Below, one piece after another: positions 1 to 10,054 of a stretch of 64,000 bases of DNA. The notes below the pieces were generated by a model. That model was not told the DNA's origin, did not search any database, and saw only the letters and a list, made by a program, of their open reading frames with translations. Position numbers and translations under genes: made by a program. The stretch is from an uncultured Lachnospiraceae bacterium (GTDB taxonomy: Bacteria > Bacillota > Clostridia > Eubacteriales > Eubacteriaceae). How positions within the stretch are numbered: position 1 is the stretch's first letter; each line of letters starts with the position of its first letter. The DNA lies in contig CAZEBY010000007.1 in the NCBI GenBank assembly GCA_964510565.1, positions 2,511 to 66,510 on the forward strand, given 5' to 3'.

Positions 1-1305
1 ACCGGTTGTATTGGAACCAATACGAGCAATTATTTTTGCTTCTTGCAGGGTTTTCATGTTTCTTTCAATCGTTCTGACTGATTTATTCAGCTGTTTGCTA
101 AGATCTGCCTGAGTCATGTGCTTATCTAACTTGACTAGATTAACAATGTTCTTTTGCGTGCTATTCAGCTTATAAGCAGTCTTCCCGACAGTCTTCCCGA
201 CAATCTTCCCGACATTCTCCCCGACATTCTCAATTGGAAAGCTTACCTTTAAAAAATTCGGACTAAACTTAAAAATGTTTCTATCGTACATTTTCAATAT
301 TCTTTGAACCCCTGAACCAAGTTGTTCAACAAGTTTGACGTCTTTGAACACCCGCATTAGTTCCTTATTCCGAGGTGCAGAAATACCATCAAAAAACTCA
401 GCTTGGTTAAGCTCCTGGGGAAGACCTCCTGATGAGGTTAGAACAAACCGATCAGCAAATATTTCAAAAACTGGTGGTATTCCATTTGTATATTCATTGT
501 GAATTATGGCATTAATAACAGCTTCCCTGAGTGCCGTTGGGTCGACAAGACGCATTTCTTTACGAACGGTGGAAGTTATTTTTGTCTTGGTAATATTTTC
601 AATTTCCAACTTATTAAGAATACTCTCTGTAGCTTTTATCAATGAGCAATATCCGAATTCAGCATTTTCAATTAAATCAATTTTATCTGTCCCCGAATAT
701 TTAGCAACTTTCATCGAAATTCCGTTTTCGTCAGCCAGCAAATAAGCAGCATAATTAAACTTATTATCTTCTGTATATAATTCTAAATTATTCAGAAATT
801 TATCGTTTAAATCAAACCCATTCTCTTCATAAAATATTTTAAGTTGTTTAAAAGATAGATCCTGACGTGGCGATACGAGCTGGCCTAAGGTGTTTCTAAT
901 TCGTTTTGAATACAACGAATCAATCATATCTTTGTTCATTGGTTGAACCGTTGTACCGACCCGTAGATAACAACCACTTGGAGACATTCCAAATCTTCTA
1001 ATATAATAGGGTTTTTCAGAACCACTGGAGATTAATACTTTGACTATATTTTTGTCATCCATTTTTTCTGTTATCACATCAAACAAACCCATTGTTGATG
1101 GATAAATATTGTTTTTTATTCTGTCTACAATTCGCTTCTGAATGTCATCAGAATCTTCGACACCGAAAACCGTACCGTTATCGTCAATGCCAATACAAAT
1201 TTCGCCGCCTTCATGATAATTTAAGAAACCGACTACTTCTTTTTCTAAACTATCATTCAAAACTCTTTTAAATTCCAAACGATTACTTTCAATCAATTTG
1301 CTCAC
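1..1305 (-). CDS. AlbA_2 (Schlafen-like) N-domain + ATP-binding/RecG-C-like domain + C-terminal HTH protein; 3' end outside window
   Basis: Not in the ORF track because there is no stop in the window. Manual translation from GTG 1305 gives MSKLIESNRLEFKRVLNDSLEKEVVGFLNYHEGGEICIGIDDNGTVFGV (AlbA_2 signature). The end reads MTQADLSKQLNKSVRTIERNMKTLQEAKIIARIGSNTTG (HTH) in the same frame. Confidence 0.8.
   Translation of the reverse strand, partial: MSKLIESNRLEFKRVLNDSLEKEVVGFLNYHEGGEICIGIDDNGTVFGVEDSDDIQKRIVDRIKNNIYPSTMGLFDVITEKMDDKNIVKVLISSGSEKPYYIRRFGMSPSGCYLRVGTTVQPMNKDMIDSLYSKRIRNTLGQLVSPRQDLSFKQLKIFYEENGFDLNDKFLNNLELYTEDNKFNYAAYLLADENGISMKVAKYSGTDKIDLIENAEFGYCSLIKATESILNKLEIENITKTKITSTVRKEMRLVDPTALREAVINAIIHNEYTNGIPPVFEIFADRFVLTSSGGLPQELNQAEFFDGISAPRNKELMRVFKDVKLVEQLGSGVQRILKMYDRNIFKFSPNFLKVSFPIENVGENVGKIVGKTVGKTAYKLNSTQKNIVNLVKLDKHMTQADLSKQLNKSVRTIERNMKTLQEAKIIARIGSNTTG
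178..231 (-). repeat. 12-bp in-frame tandem repeat (~4.5 units) encoding ENVG/KIVG/KTVG linker
   Basis: agtcttcccgac x2, aatcttcccgac, attctccccgac, attctc. Confidence 0.85.
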
Positions 1306-1407
1306 GCTCTTTCCAGGCTCTTTTCAATTTGCAACAGGTTATCAGTTTACGTTATTTCCCACTAAGCAAGTTTATAAATTTGTGACTGGCACCAATCCTG
1401 ATCTCAG

Positions 1408-2580
1408 TCAGTCAAGCTTTATCGCGCCAAGTAAATCAACAATATAAATAATGTCTTCTTTCTCTAAATTAGAGCTGCACGGCAAATTTACTACGTGGTC
1501 TACATATCTCCTGGCCTTATCAATTTTATATGACTGATTTTTGCGATACGGTTTTTGGTCATTGATCAGACCCCAAATCGGTCGTACCTGAACGCTACTC
1601 CTTCCCAAAAACCCGATGATTTCATCACGATTCAGCGGGTATGCCTCATGACAATAAAGCGAATAAAACCAGTAATTCGGTCTGGTATTTTCCCTAAATT
1701 CCAGCAACTCTAAACCTGGTATAGCGGTAATCTTTTGTTGATAAAGATCATAATTTGCTTTTTTAATTGCAATAAATGCTTCCAGTTGTTCCAGCTGGGC
1801 CAGACCAAGAGCTGCCTGTAAATTAGTCATCCGGTAATTGTAACCGATGGCATCATGTTCATAATACATTTCGTCCTGCTTGGCCTGGGTGGTCAGATGT
1901 TTGGACTTTCTTAATAAATCCTGATCATTGGAGACGATGGCTCCACCACCACCGGTTGTTATGATTTTATTGCCATTAAACGAAAACACACCAACATCTC
2001 CAATGGAACCGGCGTATTTACCAGCATATCGACCGCTTAAATAATATGTCCCGATGGCCTCTGCGGCGTCTTCAATCACCTTCAGGTTATACGCCATTGC
2101 AAGATCCATAATTTTTTCCATATCTGCCATATTGCCAAAAATGTGTACGACGATGATAGCTTTAATGTGTTTTCCGGTTTGATTGTTAATCAGTATTCCA
2201 TTTTGAAAACGGCATTCCTGTTCACAGAAATCCCGCAACTTCTCAGGGTCCAATGTCAGAGAATCATCACAATCCATAAAGACCGGTTCTGCCCCGACAT
2301 ATTTTACCGGATTAACCGAGGCAATAAAGGTCAGTGCCGGTACAATGACTTCCATTTCCTTTGTTACGCCACAACACAATAAAGCGATATGCAAACCAGC
2401 GGTGCCGCTCTGGCAAGCTACCGCACCACTAACCTTTATATACGCTGCAATCAGGGTTTCAAATTGATTAATATAATCACCTGCGGATGAAACCCATTCG
2501 GTTTCGATGGCCTTGGTGACGTATTCAAGCTCTTTACCCTTTAAATTTGGGACGGATAGGGGTATGAATTTTTCTTTCAT
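1408..2580 (-). CDS. legC: LegC-type PLP aminotransferase (DegT/DnrJ/EryC1/StrS)
   Basis: FIPLSVP start, EDAAEAIG, SFNGNKIITTGGGG (PLP Lys), GYNYRMTNLQAALG, RPIW; context of leg genes. Confidence 0.85.
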   Translation of the reverse strand: MKEKFIPLSVPNLKGKELEYVTKAIETEWVSSAGDYINQFETLIAAYIKVSGAVACQSGTAGLHIALLCCGVTKEMEVIVPALTFIASVNPVKYVGAEPVFMDCDDSLTLDPEKLRDFCEQECRFQNGILINNQTGKHIKAIIVVHIFGNMADMEKIMDLAMAYNLKVIEDAAEAIGTYYLSGRYAGKYAGSIGDVGVFSFNGNKIITTGGGGAIVSNDQDLLRKSKHLTTQAKQDEMYYEHDAIGYNYRMTNLQAALGLAQLEQLEAFIAIKKANYDLYQQKITAIPGLELLEFRENTRPNYWFYSLYCHEAYPLNRDEIIGFLGRSSVQVRPIWGLINDQKPYRKNQSYKIDKARRYVDHVVNLPCSSNLEKEDIIYIVDLLGAIKLD

Positions 2581-3098
2581 TTTTTCTCTCTTGTTAGAAT
2601 TGGAATCGTGTTTTGATAATCAAAAAAATAGCTGTATTTCGATGTTCCAATGCGAAATTTTTCTGTCATCAATTTTTTTGTCATTTTAAATGGTGGGTAT
2701 AAAACATTGATGAGATAATCAAATATTTTAAGAAAATCTGCATCTAAACCATGGGTATTTGAACGGAATGTATCATCTATCGTGTCCATTGTAATCTTAT
2801 GCAGGTGACTCTTTTTTAGAGGATTAATAAATTTTTCTTTCTCTCGCAGATTAGTGAGATCATTGTCACCATGAAAAGAATGAATCAGACAACTATTTTT
2901 AATTTTTTTATATTGCATCCTCATTTTTTTATAAACGTTAAACTTTGTATCTCCCCCAAAACCTGGAATTAATACAAGAATGCCTGTCTCAGGATTAACT
3001 CCTTCTTCAGGCTCAGAAAAAAATGTTTAGTTTTCTTTGTGAATTTTCGTTTTAAAACTTGGATGGGCATCAATTATAATTTCGTAGTTTTTACTAAT
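2577..3098 (-). pseudogene. Decayed, internally deleted DUF2920-like alpha/beta-hydrolase gene
   Basis: Upstream of track ORF 2577..2924 the same frame reads (I)SKNYEIIIDAHP...*..FSEPEEGVNPETGILVLIPGFGGDTKFNVYKKMR. It then jumps to C-terminal-like SFHGDND...HGLDADFLKIFD. There is an in-frame TAA near 3026 and ATT instead of ATG at 3098. Confidence 0.6.
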
Positions 3099-3146
3099 CG
3101 TCACTCTTTACTGTGCTGTATTTTAATAAGGCAACCTAAGATTATA

Positions 3147-3214
3147 AGTTATCTTCAGTTATCTTCAGTTATCTTCAGTTGTCTTCAGTTGTCTTCAGTT
3201 GTCTTCAGTTGTCT
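3147..3214. repeat. 10-bp tandem repeat (VNTR), ~6.8 units of (A/G)TCTTCAGTT
   Basis: atcttcagtt x3 then gtcttcagtt x3 plus partial units, read directly. Confidence 0.95.
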
Positions 3215-3294
3215 CTCAAAATTATTTTCTTCGCAGTATTTTTATTATCTGTCCTCACTTTAAAAAGAGGATTGATATTATCTTAATTAAGAAT

Positions 3295-3993
3295 CTAATC
3301 CATTTGCGCACCTTTTTTCGTCATAATTTCTGCGAGAACAAAATCAATTTCATCATCGATATCAATCGACCTTTCTTTATCCATTAAATAAGCATAGCAA
3401 TTTTCCCGATACAAATCCTGATATTTTAGAAAATAGTCAACTTTCGAAAGGTAAATCGCACCGTTTAAGCGGTAGTATTTCGGTAATTCCTGTCTACGGA
3501 AACTGATATCCTTTTTAATAAAACCATCAATGCACAAATCATTTGGCACTCGACCCGTATATAGAGGTGAATGATCGACCTCACACAGACTTACTACCGC
3601 ATTCGCTTTTTTTACTCTCATTAATTCAATGGCTTTTCTAATATCATCACTAGTTCGTAGTGGCGAAGTGGGCTGAAGAATCATCAAACAATCGAATTCC
3701 TCACTATTTTTTTTAAGCTCAGTTAAAAGATCAATAATCACATCATTCGTTGCGACTTCATCGCCTGACAAATGTTCTGGCCTTAAAAACGGAACCTCTG
3801 CACCATATTCCATAGCTATCTTTGCATAGGCTTCACTATCGGTGGAAACGACAATTTTATCAAAGCATTGACTTTTTAAAGCTGCTTCGATCGTATAAGC
3901 CATTAATGGTTTTCCATTTAACATCTTAACATTTTTATCTCTTACTCCTTTTGATCCACTTCTGGCTGGAATAATACCAATAATTCCATTCAA
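3295..3993 (-). CDS. neuA: CMP-nonulosonic acid synthetase (acylneuraminate cytidylyltransferase, LegF/NeuA type)
   Basis: IIPARSGSKGVRDKN, STDS, LQPTSPLR, NGAIY, SIDIDDEIDF; GGAGGA RBS before TTG. Confidence 0.9.
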   Translation of the reverse strand: MNGIIGIIPARSGSKGVRDKNVKMLNGKPLMAYTIEAALKSQCFDKIVVSTDSEAYAKIAMEYGAEVPFLRPEHLSGDEVATNDVIIDLLTELKKNSEEFDCLMILQPTSPLRTSDDIRKAIELMRVKKANAVVSLCEVDHSPLYTGRVPNDLCIDGFIKKDISFRRQELPKYYRLNGAIYLSKVDYFLKYQDLYRENCYAYLMDKERSIDIDDEIDFVLAEIMTKKGAQMD

Positions 3994-4123
3994 AATATTC
4001 CTCCATTTTTGTTGATACTCTTTTGAAATTGGGTACTTTTACAAGTTATAAACCAATAACAGCGTTGACCTTTACACCTGCTACTTTTTTGTTGCGTGGG
4101 GGTAAGATCAACAATATACAGTA

Positions 4124-5050
4124 TTAGCTTTTTCGCAAAACATAAGTGTATTCAATGATTTGATCTTTGGGTTTATAGTTTGCAAGCATTTCTTCAAATA
4201 GATCAAACATTATTTTACACCACTCATTTTTAACTTCAATTCGTTCTTTAAAATCAATGTTATTCGCCATTTTCACTAATGGATTAAACAGTGGTCTCAA
4301 TCCGATATCCCAAATTTTACCTAAAACATCTCCATAAATAGGCTCGATACTTTCGATTTTGACCCCATCGATCGACTTTAAAAACTTCAATAATTCTTCT
4401 TCTGTTCGTAGCCCTTTCCAAGTTGAACTTCTACCTGCATCAATTATTTTATGAAACTTTTCTCCCATAAATTGTGCATAATATCTAGAAGAATTATTTG
4501 CAACATTACTATTTTTCATTTGCAAAACTATGTGACCACCAGTCTCTGTAACTCTGACTAAATCTCTAATATGATTTTCGAAATTTCCTACCCAATAGGC
4601 ACTATTCGAGTAGACTAAATCAAAATAATTTGATGAAAATGGTAAGTCAAAATTATTATCGTGCACAATTAAATTTTGATAAAAATCCAACTTTTGAGCC
4701 TTCTTTATTAGGTTTTCTTTCCAATCACTTCCGTAATTATAAAATCGTTCTGGTCTTCCTACAATTTCAATTTTGTAAGAATCATCAAATTGATCAAATG
4801 CATCAAAATCATTTTCCCTTTTTCCTAATTTAACAGATTGAAACATATCAGTTTCAATCGATAATTGTCCTCCAAAAGATAAGAAAGAATAAACGCCATC
4901 ACCGCACGACACATCAATACCATTTTTAAAACCATTTATATCGTTGATTGTTCTAAAATAAGATTCCGATCTTAAGGCTAATAAAATTGCATTTTCCGGT
5001 CTTAACCAAAAATGATTTAAAAATCTTTTGAAGTAATCTTTTCTATCCAT
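4124..5050 (-). CDS. Putative class I SAM-dependent methyltransferase
   Basis: IDVSCGDG motif I, LPFSSNYFDLVYSNS, RVTETGGHIVL; GAGGAG RBS; very AT-rich. Confidence 0.7.
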   Translation of the reverse strand: MDRKDYFKRFLNHFWLRPENAILLALRSESYFRTINDINGFKNGIDVSCGDGVYSFLSFGGQLSIETDMFQSVKLGKRENDFDAFDQFDDSYKIEIVGRPERFYNYGSDWKENLIKKAQKLDFYQNLIVHDNNFDLPFSSNYFDLVYSNSAYWVGNFENHIRDLVRVTETGGHIVLQMKNSNVANNSSRYYAQFMGEKFHKIIDAGRSSTWKGLRTEEELLKFLKSIDGVKIESIEPIYGDVLGKIWDIGLRPLFNPLVKMANNIDFKERIEVKNEWCKIMFDLFEEMLANYKPKDQIIEYTYVLRKS

Positions 5051-5704
5051 TTTATCTCTCCTCTAAAATTGTGTTATTTAAAGTTAAAATTCTTTATCCA
5101 AATATTCATAAAAATCCGGTATTAAAATATATTAATCCTATAAAAAATTAGAATTGAAATCTCCTTCTGGCAAAAGCCTCATAAACCAGCATTTCAATTG
5201 AATGAGGTCTGCGATCAATATATCCAATTATTTCAAAATTATAAGAACAACATACAAAATACACATTGTTTCATTTTCCACCAGTCTTGCATAAGAAAGG
5301 TCACGTACTATCGTTTATAGTGTCTACCCAACCTTTGATTCCCAATTAATTTCTTAAAAATCGGATTATAATAACTGTTTTTTTTGCTCTATATTGTGAC
5401 AATCTGAGCTTAGCAAACAGAATCTCCAATTCTTAATGTGATCAATCCATTTTTATGAGGCGATAATTTCATGTGTAAAAATTTGTGCTTATTTTTATGG
5501 ATACCTAATTTTTGCAACTGCCTTTTGCGATTTCAACCACACCATAACTTATCGAATCTGTTTTAGTGAACCTTTAATTCTTCTACATTTTAGTTCCGGC
5601 CTTTAACATTTCTGATATCAAGTAACGGACATAATAAGCATGTCTCACTTGATCTTGAAGATGAATTTCTCTATAAGTCGATTCTTTTAAAATAGTCAAT
5701 TATT

Positions 5705-6367
5705 TTATTCAAAATATTTGAGTAAGACAAATGCTTCTGCATGACAAACACCTGCCATTGTACCTCTTAACATACTATTTGCCTTAACTACTTCTTCACT
5801 TCTAGGAAACGGTCGTTCCTTTATTTCACTTTTGAAAATCTTTAGTATTTCGATTTTTTTTTCGATATAATCAGAGATATCAACAAAATAATTTGGTTGA
5901 AACACATTGATTGCGTATTCAGTCTCAGATAACACTTCCATCATCAATATTTTTTTGATATACGGATATCGAAATGTTTTTGTGCATGAATAACAAAGAT
6001 CAAAAGTAACTCGATGATCAGAATGAACATCGAATCGATAAGGTAAAACAATAATTGATGGTTTTATTTTTTTTATGATCTGACTAATTTCAACGATTAT
6101 CTCACTTTCCGAGTAATTATCTAAGCCCGCTGGCCTTAAATTTAAATTATAAAAACCATCTAAAGCATATGCTGTTATCATTTTTTTTATTTCTTCATCA
6201 CGCATTCGAATTCTTTCAGTTGAATAGCCATAATCCTCTTTCATGTGCGTCATATTTAGAATAAAAACCTGATTACCCAATTGTTTCTGTTTAAGGATAT
6301 AGCCACCAGCACCTAGGGTTTCATCGTCTGGATGTGGAGCAACGATCAAGATGACCTCCTGTTTCAT
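5705..6367 (-). CDS. PIG-L/LmbE family N-deacetylase
   Basis: VAPHPDDETLGAGG, DVHSDH, PNYFVDIS, AEAF. Confidence 0.9.
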   Translation of the reverse strand: MKQEVILIVAPHPDDETLGAGGYILKQKQLGNQVFILNMTHMKEDYGYSTERIRMRDEEIKKMITAYALDGFYNLNLRPAGLDNYSESEIIVEISQIIKKIKPSIIVLPYRFDVHSDHRVTFDLCYSCTKTFRYPYIKKILMMEVLSETEYAINVFQPNYFVDISDYIEKKIEILKIFKSEIKERPFPRSEEVVKANSMLRGTMAGVCHAEAFVLLKYFE

Positions 6368-7254
6368 AAATAATCACCCTTATGAATTGAAATCTCGTCA
6401 CAATCAATAATTCTTATCAAATTCTCTCCGGTTTTTACTAAAAAGGAGCATTTAGAGTATACTTCCATAACCTTTCCTGGCTCAATATTTAAATAAGCTT
6501 CCTGATCATCCATTACAATCTCAGTATTCCAGACTTTATATTCCTTCTCTTTAAACTCAAAATGCGCTCCAACATAGGGTTTTGAAAGGCCTCTCACGAG
6601 ATTATAGATGCTTCTGGCCGACATCCTAAAATCGATTTTTCCATCCTTTTTTGTTCTTTTTCGCCAGGTATTTCCAAAGCCATCAGGTTGGTCCATAAAA
6701 ATAACCTCATCCCTTTCAAAAGCTTCTGTGAACTCAAGCACCTGCACTTTTGCTTTAGTGAGAATTTTATTATATAAAGTAACGGCCGTATCTTCATCCC
6801 TAATCAATATATCCTGTTGCGAAATGATCGCACCGTGATCCGCTTTTTCATCAATCATAAAAAAGCTTGATGCTGTTCTTTTTAATCCTAAGACTAACGC
6901 CCAGATAATCGGATGTCGCCCTTTATTGTTTGGCAATGCCGCCGGATGAAAACCGACGACTCCTTTCGGGGCTTTACTGATTACTTCTTGATCAATCAGT
7001 TCTGACCAACCAAAACAATAGATGATATCGGGTTTTACCGTATCAATAAAACCTTTAGTTGTTTTATTATTAATACTTTCAGTATAAAATGGTTCAATTC
7101 CATATTTTAAGCATAATGGTTGTAAACCACAAAAATCCGAATTGTATGCGCTCTCTTTCTTCGTGATTACGCCAGCAACCTTTTTTCCATTCTCCAGTAA
7201 GGTCTGAAGTAAAACATCTGAACTTTTAACACATCCAATAAATAAGATCCTCAT
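6364..7254 (-). CDS. Sugar N-formyltransferase (Fmt-like, 10-formyl-THF dependent)
   Basis: GFHPAALPNNKGRHPIIW, D-x-G-x-I (ADHGAII), LVRGLSKPYVGA; embedded in sugar operon. Confidence 0.85.
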   Translation of the reverse strand: MRILFIGCVKSSDVLLQTLLENGKKVAGVITKKESAYNSDFCGLQPLCLKYGIEPFYTESINNKTTKGFIDTVKPDIIYCFGWSELIDQEVISKAPKGVVGFHPAALPNNKGRHPIIWALVLGLKRTASSFFMIDEKADHGAIISQQDILIRDEDTAVTLYNKILTKAKVQVLEFTEAFERDEVIFMDQPDGFGNTWRKRTKKDGKIDFRMSARSIYNLVRGLSKPYVGAHFEFKEKEYKVWNTEIVMDDQEAYLNIEPGKVMEVYSKCSFLVKTGENLIRIIDCDEISIHKGDYL

Positions 7255-7266
7255 TCTTTGCCTCCA

Positions 7267-8421
7267 TTAAAGATCATAAAATGCCTTTTTTAAATCAATT
7301 TCTTCTCTCATCAGAAAACTTTTAACGATCTCCACAATTTCATCGCTTGTGTTCTCTTTATAGTATGGATTCGTCCCATTTATGTACTCTTGAAACTCAC
7401 TACTCACAGCACGATTTATCATTTGATTTATCGCATCACAATCAGCAATACAATTTAGAACACTCTTTGCCTGAATCCGGCCTTTTTGTCGATCACCAAT
7501 ATTAATGGTCGGAATGCCAAACGAGGGAACTTCAATCACACCACTTGACGAATTACCAATAACAAATGAAGCAAATTTAACCGCCGACAGATACCGCTTC
7601 AAACCCAAAGAAAAAAAAGATTTCGTATGCTTATTGTCATGAACGAATTTATCAACTAAAACATTAATTACCCGGCCATCACTGTCTGCATTTGCTTTGG
7701 TAATAAGAAACTGATACTGTTTATTCAATGCGATGGCACAAAGTAATTCTTCAATCTGCTCCTCTGATGTTTTATTTTCTAATGTAACCGGATGAAAAGT
7801 CACAACTGCATACGGTTTATTTAGCTTCCAATCGATGCTTTTTTCCAGTTCTACCTTTGTCATTAAGTCTTCGTGTAATACATTTTCCACACCCAATGAA
7901 CCCACATTGAACACGCGATCTGGTGCTTCTCCCAACTGGATCACGCGCCTTCTGTAATCCTCTGTGCTCGTAAAATGCAGATAACTCATTTTGGTAATTG
8001 CATGTCGTATCGCTTCATCGATTAAACCTTCAGTTGCTTCTCCTCCGCATAAATGTGCAATAGGAATGCGCTGAGTCATCGCCGCGCAGCAAACCGCCAG
8101 TGTTTCATAACGATCGCCGAGAACAAGCAGCAAATCCGGTTTGGTTCGTTCAAAGTAATCCGCAAAACTGATCATTGCCAAACCCATCGATTTAGAAATG
8201 GCAGCCGGCGAATCTGAGCTTAAAAGCATTTCGATCTTCTCGTCAATTTCAAATCCATCTGCCTCAATTTCCTTATAGGTTAAGCCAAACTCAGGCGAAA
8301 GATGGGCACCAGTTACCACAATATTCACCTGAAAAACCATTTCTTGCAGCATTTTCTGAATTACTCTTTTTAATAAACCGTATTCCGCTCTGGTTGCTGT
8401 TAAAATGCAAATCTTTTTCAT
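7267..8421 (-). CDS. neuC: Hydrolysing NDP-sugar 2-epimerase (NeuC/LegG)
   Basis: TATRAEYGLL, VLGDRYE, DEAIRHAITKMS, VTFHPVT, GNSSSG, NIGDRQKGR. Confidence 0.93.
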   Translation of the reverse strand: MKKICILTATRAEYGLLKRVIQKMLQEMVFQVNIVVTGAHLSPEFGLTYKEIEADGFEIDEKIEMLLSSDSPAAISKSMGLAMISFADYFERTKPDLLLVLGDRYETLAVCCAAMTQRIPIAHLCGGEATEGLIDEAIRHAITKMSYLHFTSTEDYRRRVIQLGEAPDRVFNVGSLGVENVLHEDLMTKVELEKSIDWKLNKPYAVVTFHPVTLENKTSEEQIEELLCAIALNKQYQFLITKANADSDGRVINVLVDKFVHDNKHTKSFFSLGLKRYLSAVKFASFVIGNSSSGVIEVPSFGIPTINIGDRQKGRIQAKSVLNCIADCDAINQMINRAVSSEFQEYINGTNPYYKENTSDEIVEIVKSFLMREEIDLKKAFYDL

Positions 8422-9413
8422 ATCTCGATCAGCTCGTCTTCCTCAAAGCCTCTTTTTGCTTTTTTGCCAAGTACTTCAAACCATTTCATGGGGGAAACCC
8501 CATGACCCGGGCGCTTTGTTGTGATATTGTTTTCAGTAAAAAACTCGTTTGCCTTAATTCTTCTGGATGCAACAATACTTTTTCGAACAATTTCGATATT
8601 CTTCACCTCAGATTTTGATGGTTTTTTAAGGCCATCACCAAAAGCAGCTTCTACATTGCGAATGGCCAGAATCATTTTCTTTAGTTCCTCTGGTTCCAAA
8701 CTCGCTTTGTGATCGGGTCCTTCCATTGTTCGATCGAGCGTAAAGTGCTTTTCAATAATCGTTGCGCCCATAGCTATCGCTGCAATGGGGATTTCGATCC
8801 CCATGGTATGGTCGGAATATCCAATCGGTAACCCGAATTCTTGCTGCATGGTCAGCATCGCCTTTAAGTTAATCTCATCATAGGGAGCTGGGTATTCGGT
8901 GGTACAATGCAACAATGCAATTTCTCTACTGCCATACTTTTTCAGAACATCGACCGCTTCTGCTACTTCTTGTAGTGTTGCCATACCTGTGGATAAAATA
9001 ACCGGTAATTGAGTTTTGGCAACTTTAATCAGATAGGGAAGATTTGTTAACTCACCTGAAGGTATTTTCCATTGGCTAATTCCCAACTGATAAAGAAAAT
9101 CAATACTCTCCAAATCAAAGGGCGTCGATAAGAATTCGATTCCCAGGTCTCTGCAATGCTGTTTCAACTCAACGAACTCATTCCGCGATAATTGAAGTTT
9201 TTTCAGCATTTCCAGCTGGCTCTCAGCTTTTCCGGTGTTTTTTTCCTGATACTCCGCTTTTTTTGATTTTACCGTCACCAGTTTTTCCGCCTGATAGGTC
9301 TGAAATTTAATCGCATCTACACCTGCTTCCTTGGCGACTTCGATCATTTTTTTTGCCAGTTCAAAATCGCCATTATGATTGACACCAGCTTCGGCAATAA
9401 TAAAGACACTCAA
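8418..9413 (-). CDS. neuB: Nonulosonic acid synthase (NeuB/LegI) with C-terminal SAF/AFP domain
   Basis: IIAEAGVNHNG, DAIKFQT, KIPSGELTN, LHCTTEYP, GYSDHT, EKHFTLD, KRPG; start moved to TTG 9413 (RBS GGTGGAG, TTGA overlap with the upstream acetyltransferase stop). Confidence 0.93.
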   Translation of the reverse strand: MSVFIIAEAGVNHNGDFELAKKMIEVAKEAGVDAIKFQTYQAEKLVTVKSKKAEYQEKNTGKAESQLEMLKKLQLSRNEFVELKQHCRDLGIEFLSTPFDLESIDFLYQLGISQWKIPSGELTNLPYLIKVAKTQLPVILSTGMATLQEVAEAVDVLKKYGSREIALLHCTTEYPAPYDEINLKAMLTMQQEFGLPIGYSDHTMGIEIPIAAIAMGATIIEKHFTLDRTMEGPDHKASLEPEELKKMILAIRNVEAAFGDGLKKPSKSEVKNIEIVRKSIVASRRIKANEFFTENNITTKRPGHGVSPMKWFEVLGKKAKRGFEEDELIEI

Positions 9414-10054
9414 TGCTTCTCCACCTTTCGACAGGGATTGCCAACAGCGACGCAATCACTTTCAATATCCTTTACAACCACACTGCCAACCCCAATTACC
9501 GTTCTTTCGCCGACACAAATACCTTGTCGGACGACACTATTTGCTCCGATGTGTGCACCCTCACCAATTGTAACATTCCCACTGAGGACAGCACCCGGTG
9601 CAATATGCGAAAAACCACCAATCCGGCAATCATGCTCTATGATACATCCAGTATTTAGTATGACACATTCATCAATTACTGCATCAGCATTTACAATGAC
9701 ATTTTTTCCCACAAAAGCGCCTTCTGATATTTTTGCATAATGGCTGACACTTGCCGTTTGATCAATGATAATTGGCACCTGATATTTCAGTTCTTTTACC
9801 AGTCGATATAAAGATATCCGTTTAGTTGGATTACCAATGCTTCCCATACTGATAAAGGCATGCGCATATCCCTGTGTTCTGAGTTTTTTCAAATCCTGAT
9901 CCGCACCAATAATGGGATACTTTAAAATGAATTCTCCAATATTTTTTTCAATATCAATAATGCCAATTTGGTTGTAATGATTTTGGGATTCAATTGTCTC
10001 AATCACCGTTTTGCAGTGACCGCCGCCGCCAATCAATAACAATTTTTTATTCAT
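9410..10054 (-). CDS. neuD: Hexapeptide-repeat sugar N/O-acetyltransferase (NeuD/PglD/LegH-like)
   Basis: IGGGGHCK, NTGCIIEHDC, hexapeptide repeats, VGNPCR. Confidence 0.88.
   Translation of the reverse strand: MNKKLLLIGGGGHCKTVIETIESQNHYNQIGIIDIEKNIGEFILKYPIIGADQDLKKLRTQGYAHAFISMGSIGNPTKRISLYRLVKELKYQVPIIIDQTASVSHYAKISEGAFVGKNVIVNADAVIDECVILNTGCIIEHDCRIGGFSHIAPGAVLSGNVTIGEGAHIGANSVVRQGICVGERTVIGVGSVVVKDIESDCVAVGNPCRKVEKH

Noticed and set aside
3147-3214. CRISPR array
   Set aside because: Contiguous 10-bp units with no spacers and no cas genes; no CRISPR seen in the window
6364-7254. Housekeeping methionyl-tRNA formyltransferase (fmt)
   Set aside because: Sits in a sugar operon overlapping a deacetylase and lacks the GTPxFA start of true Fmt
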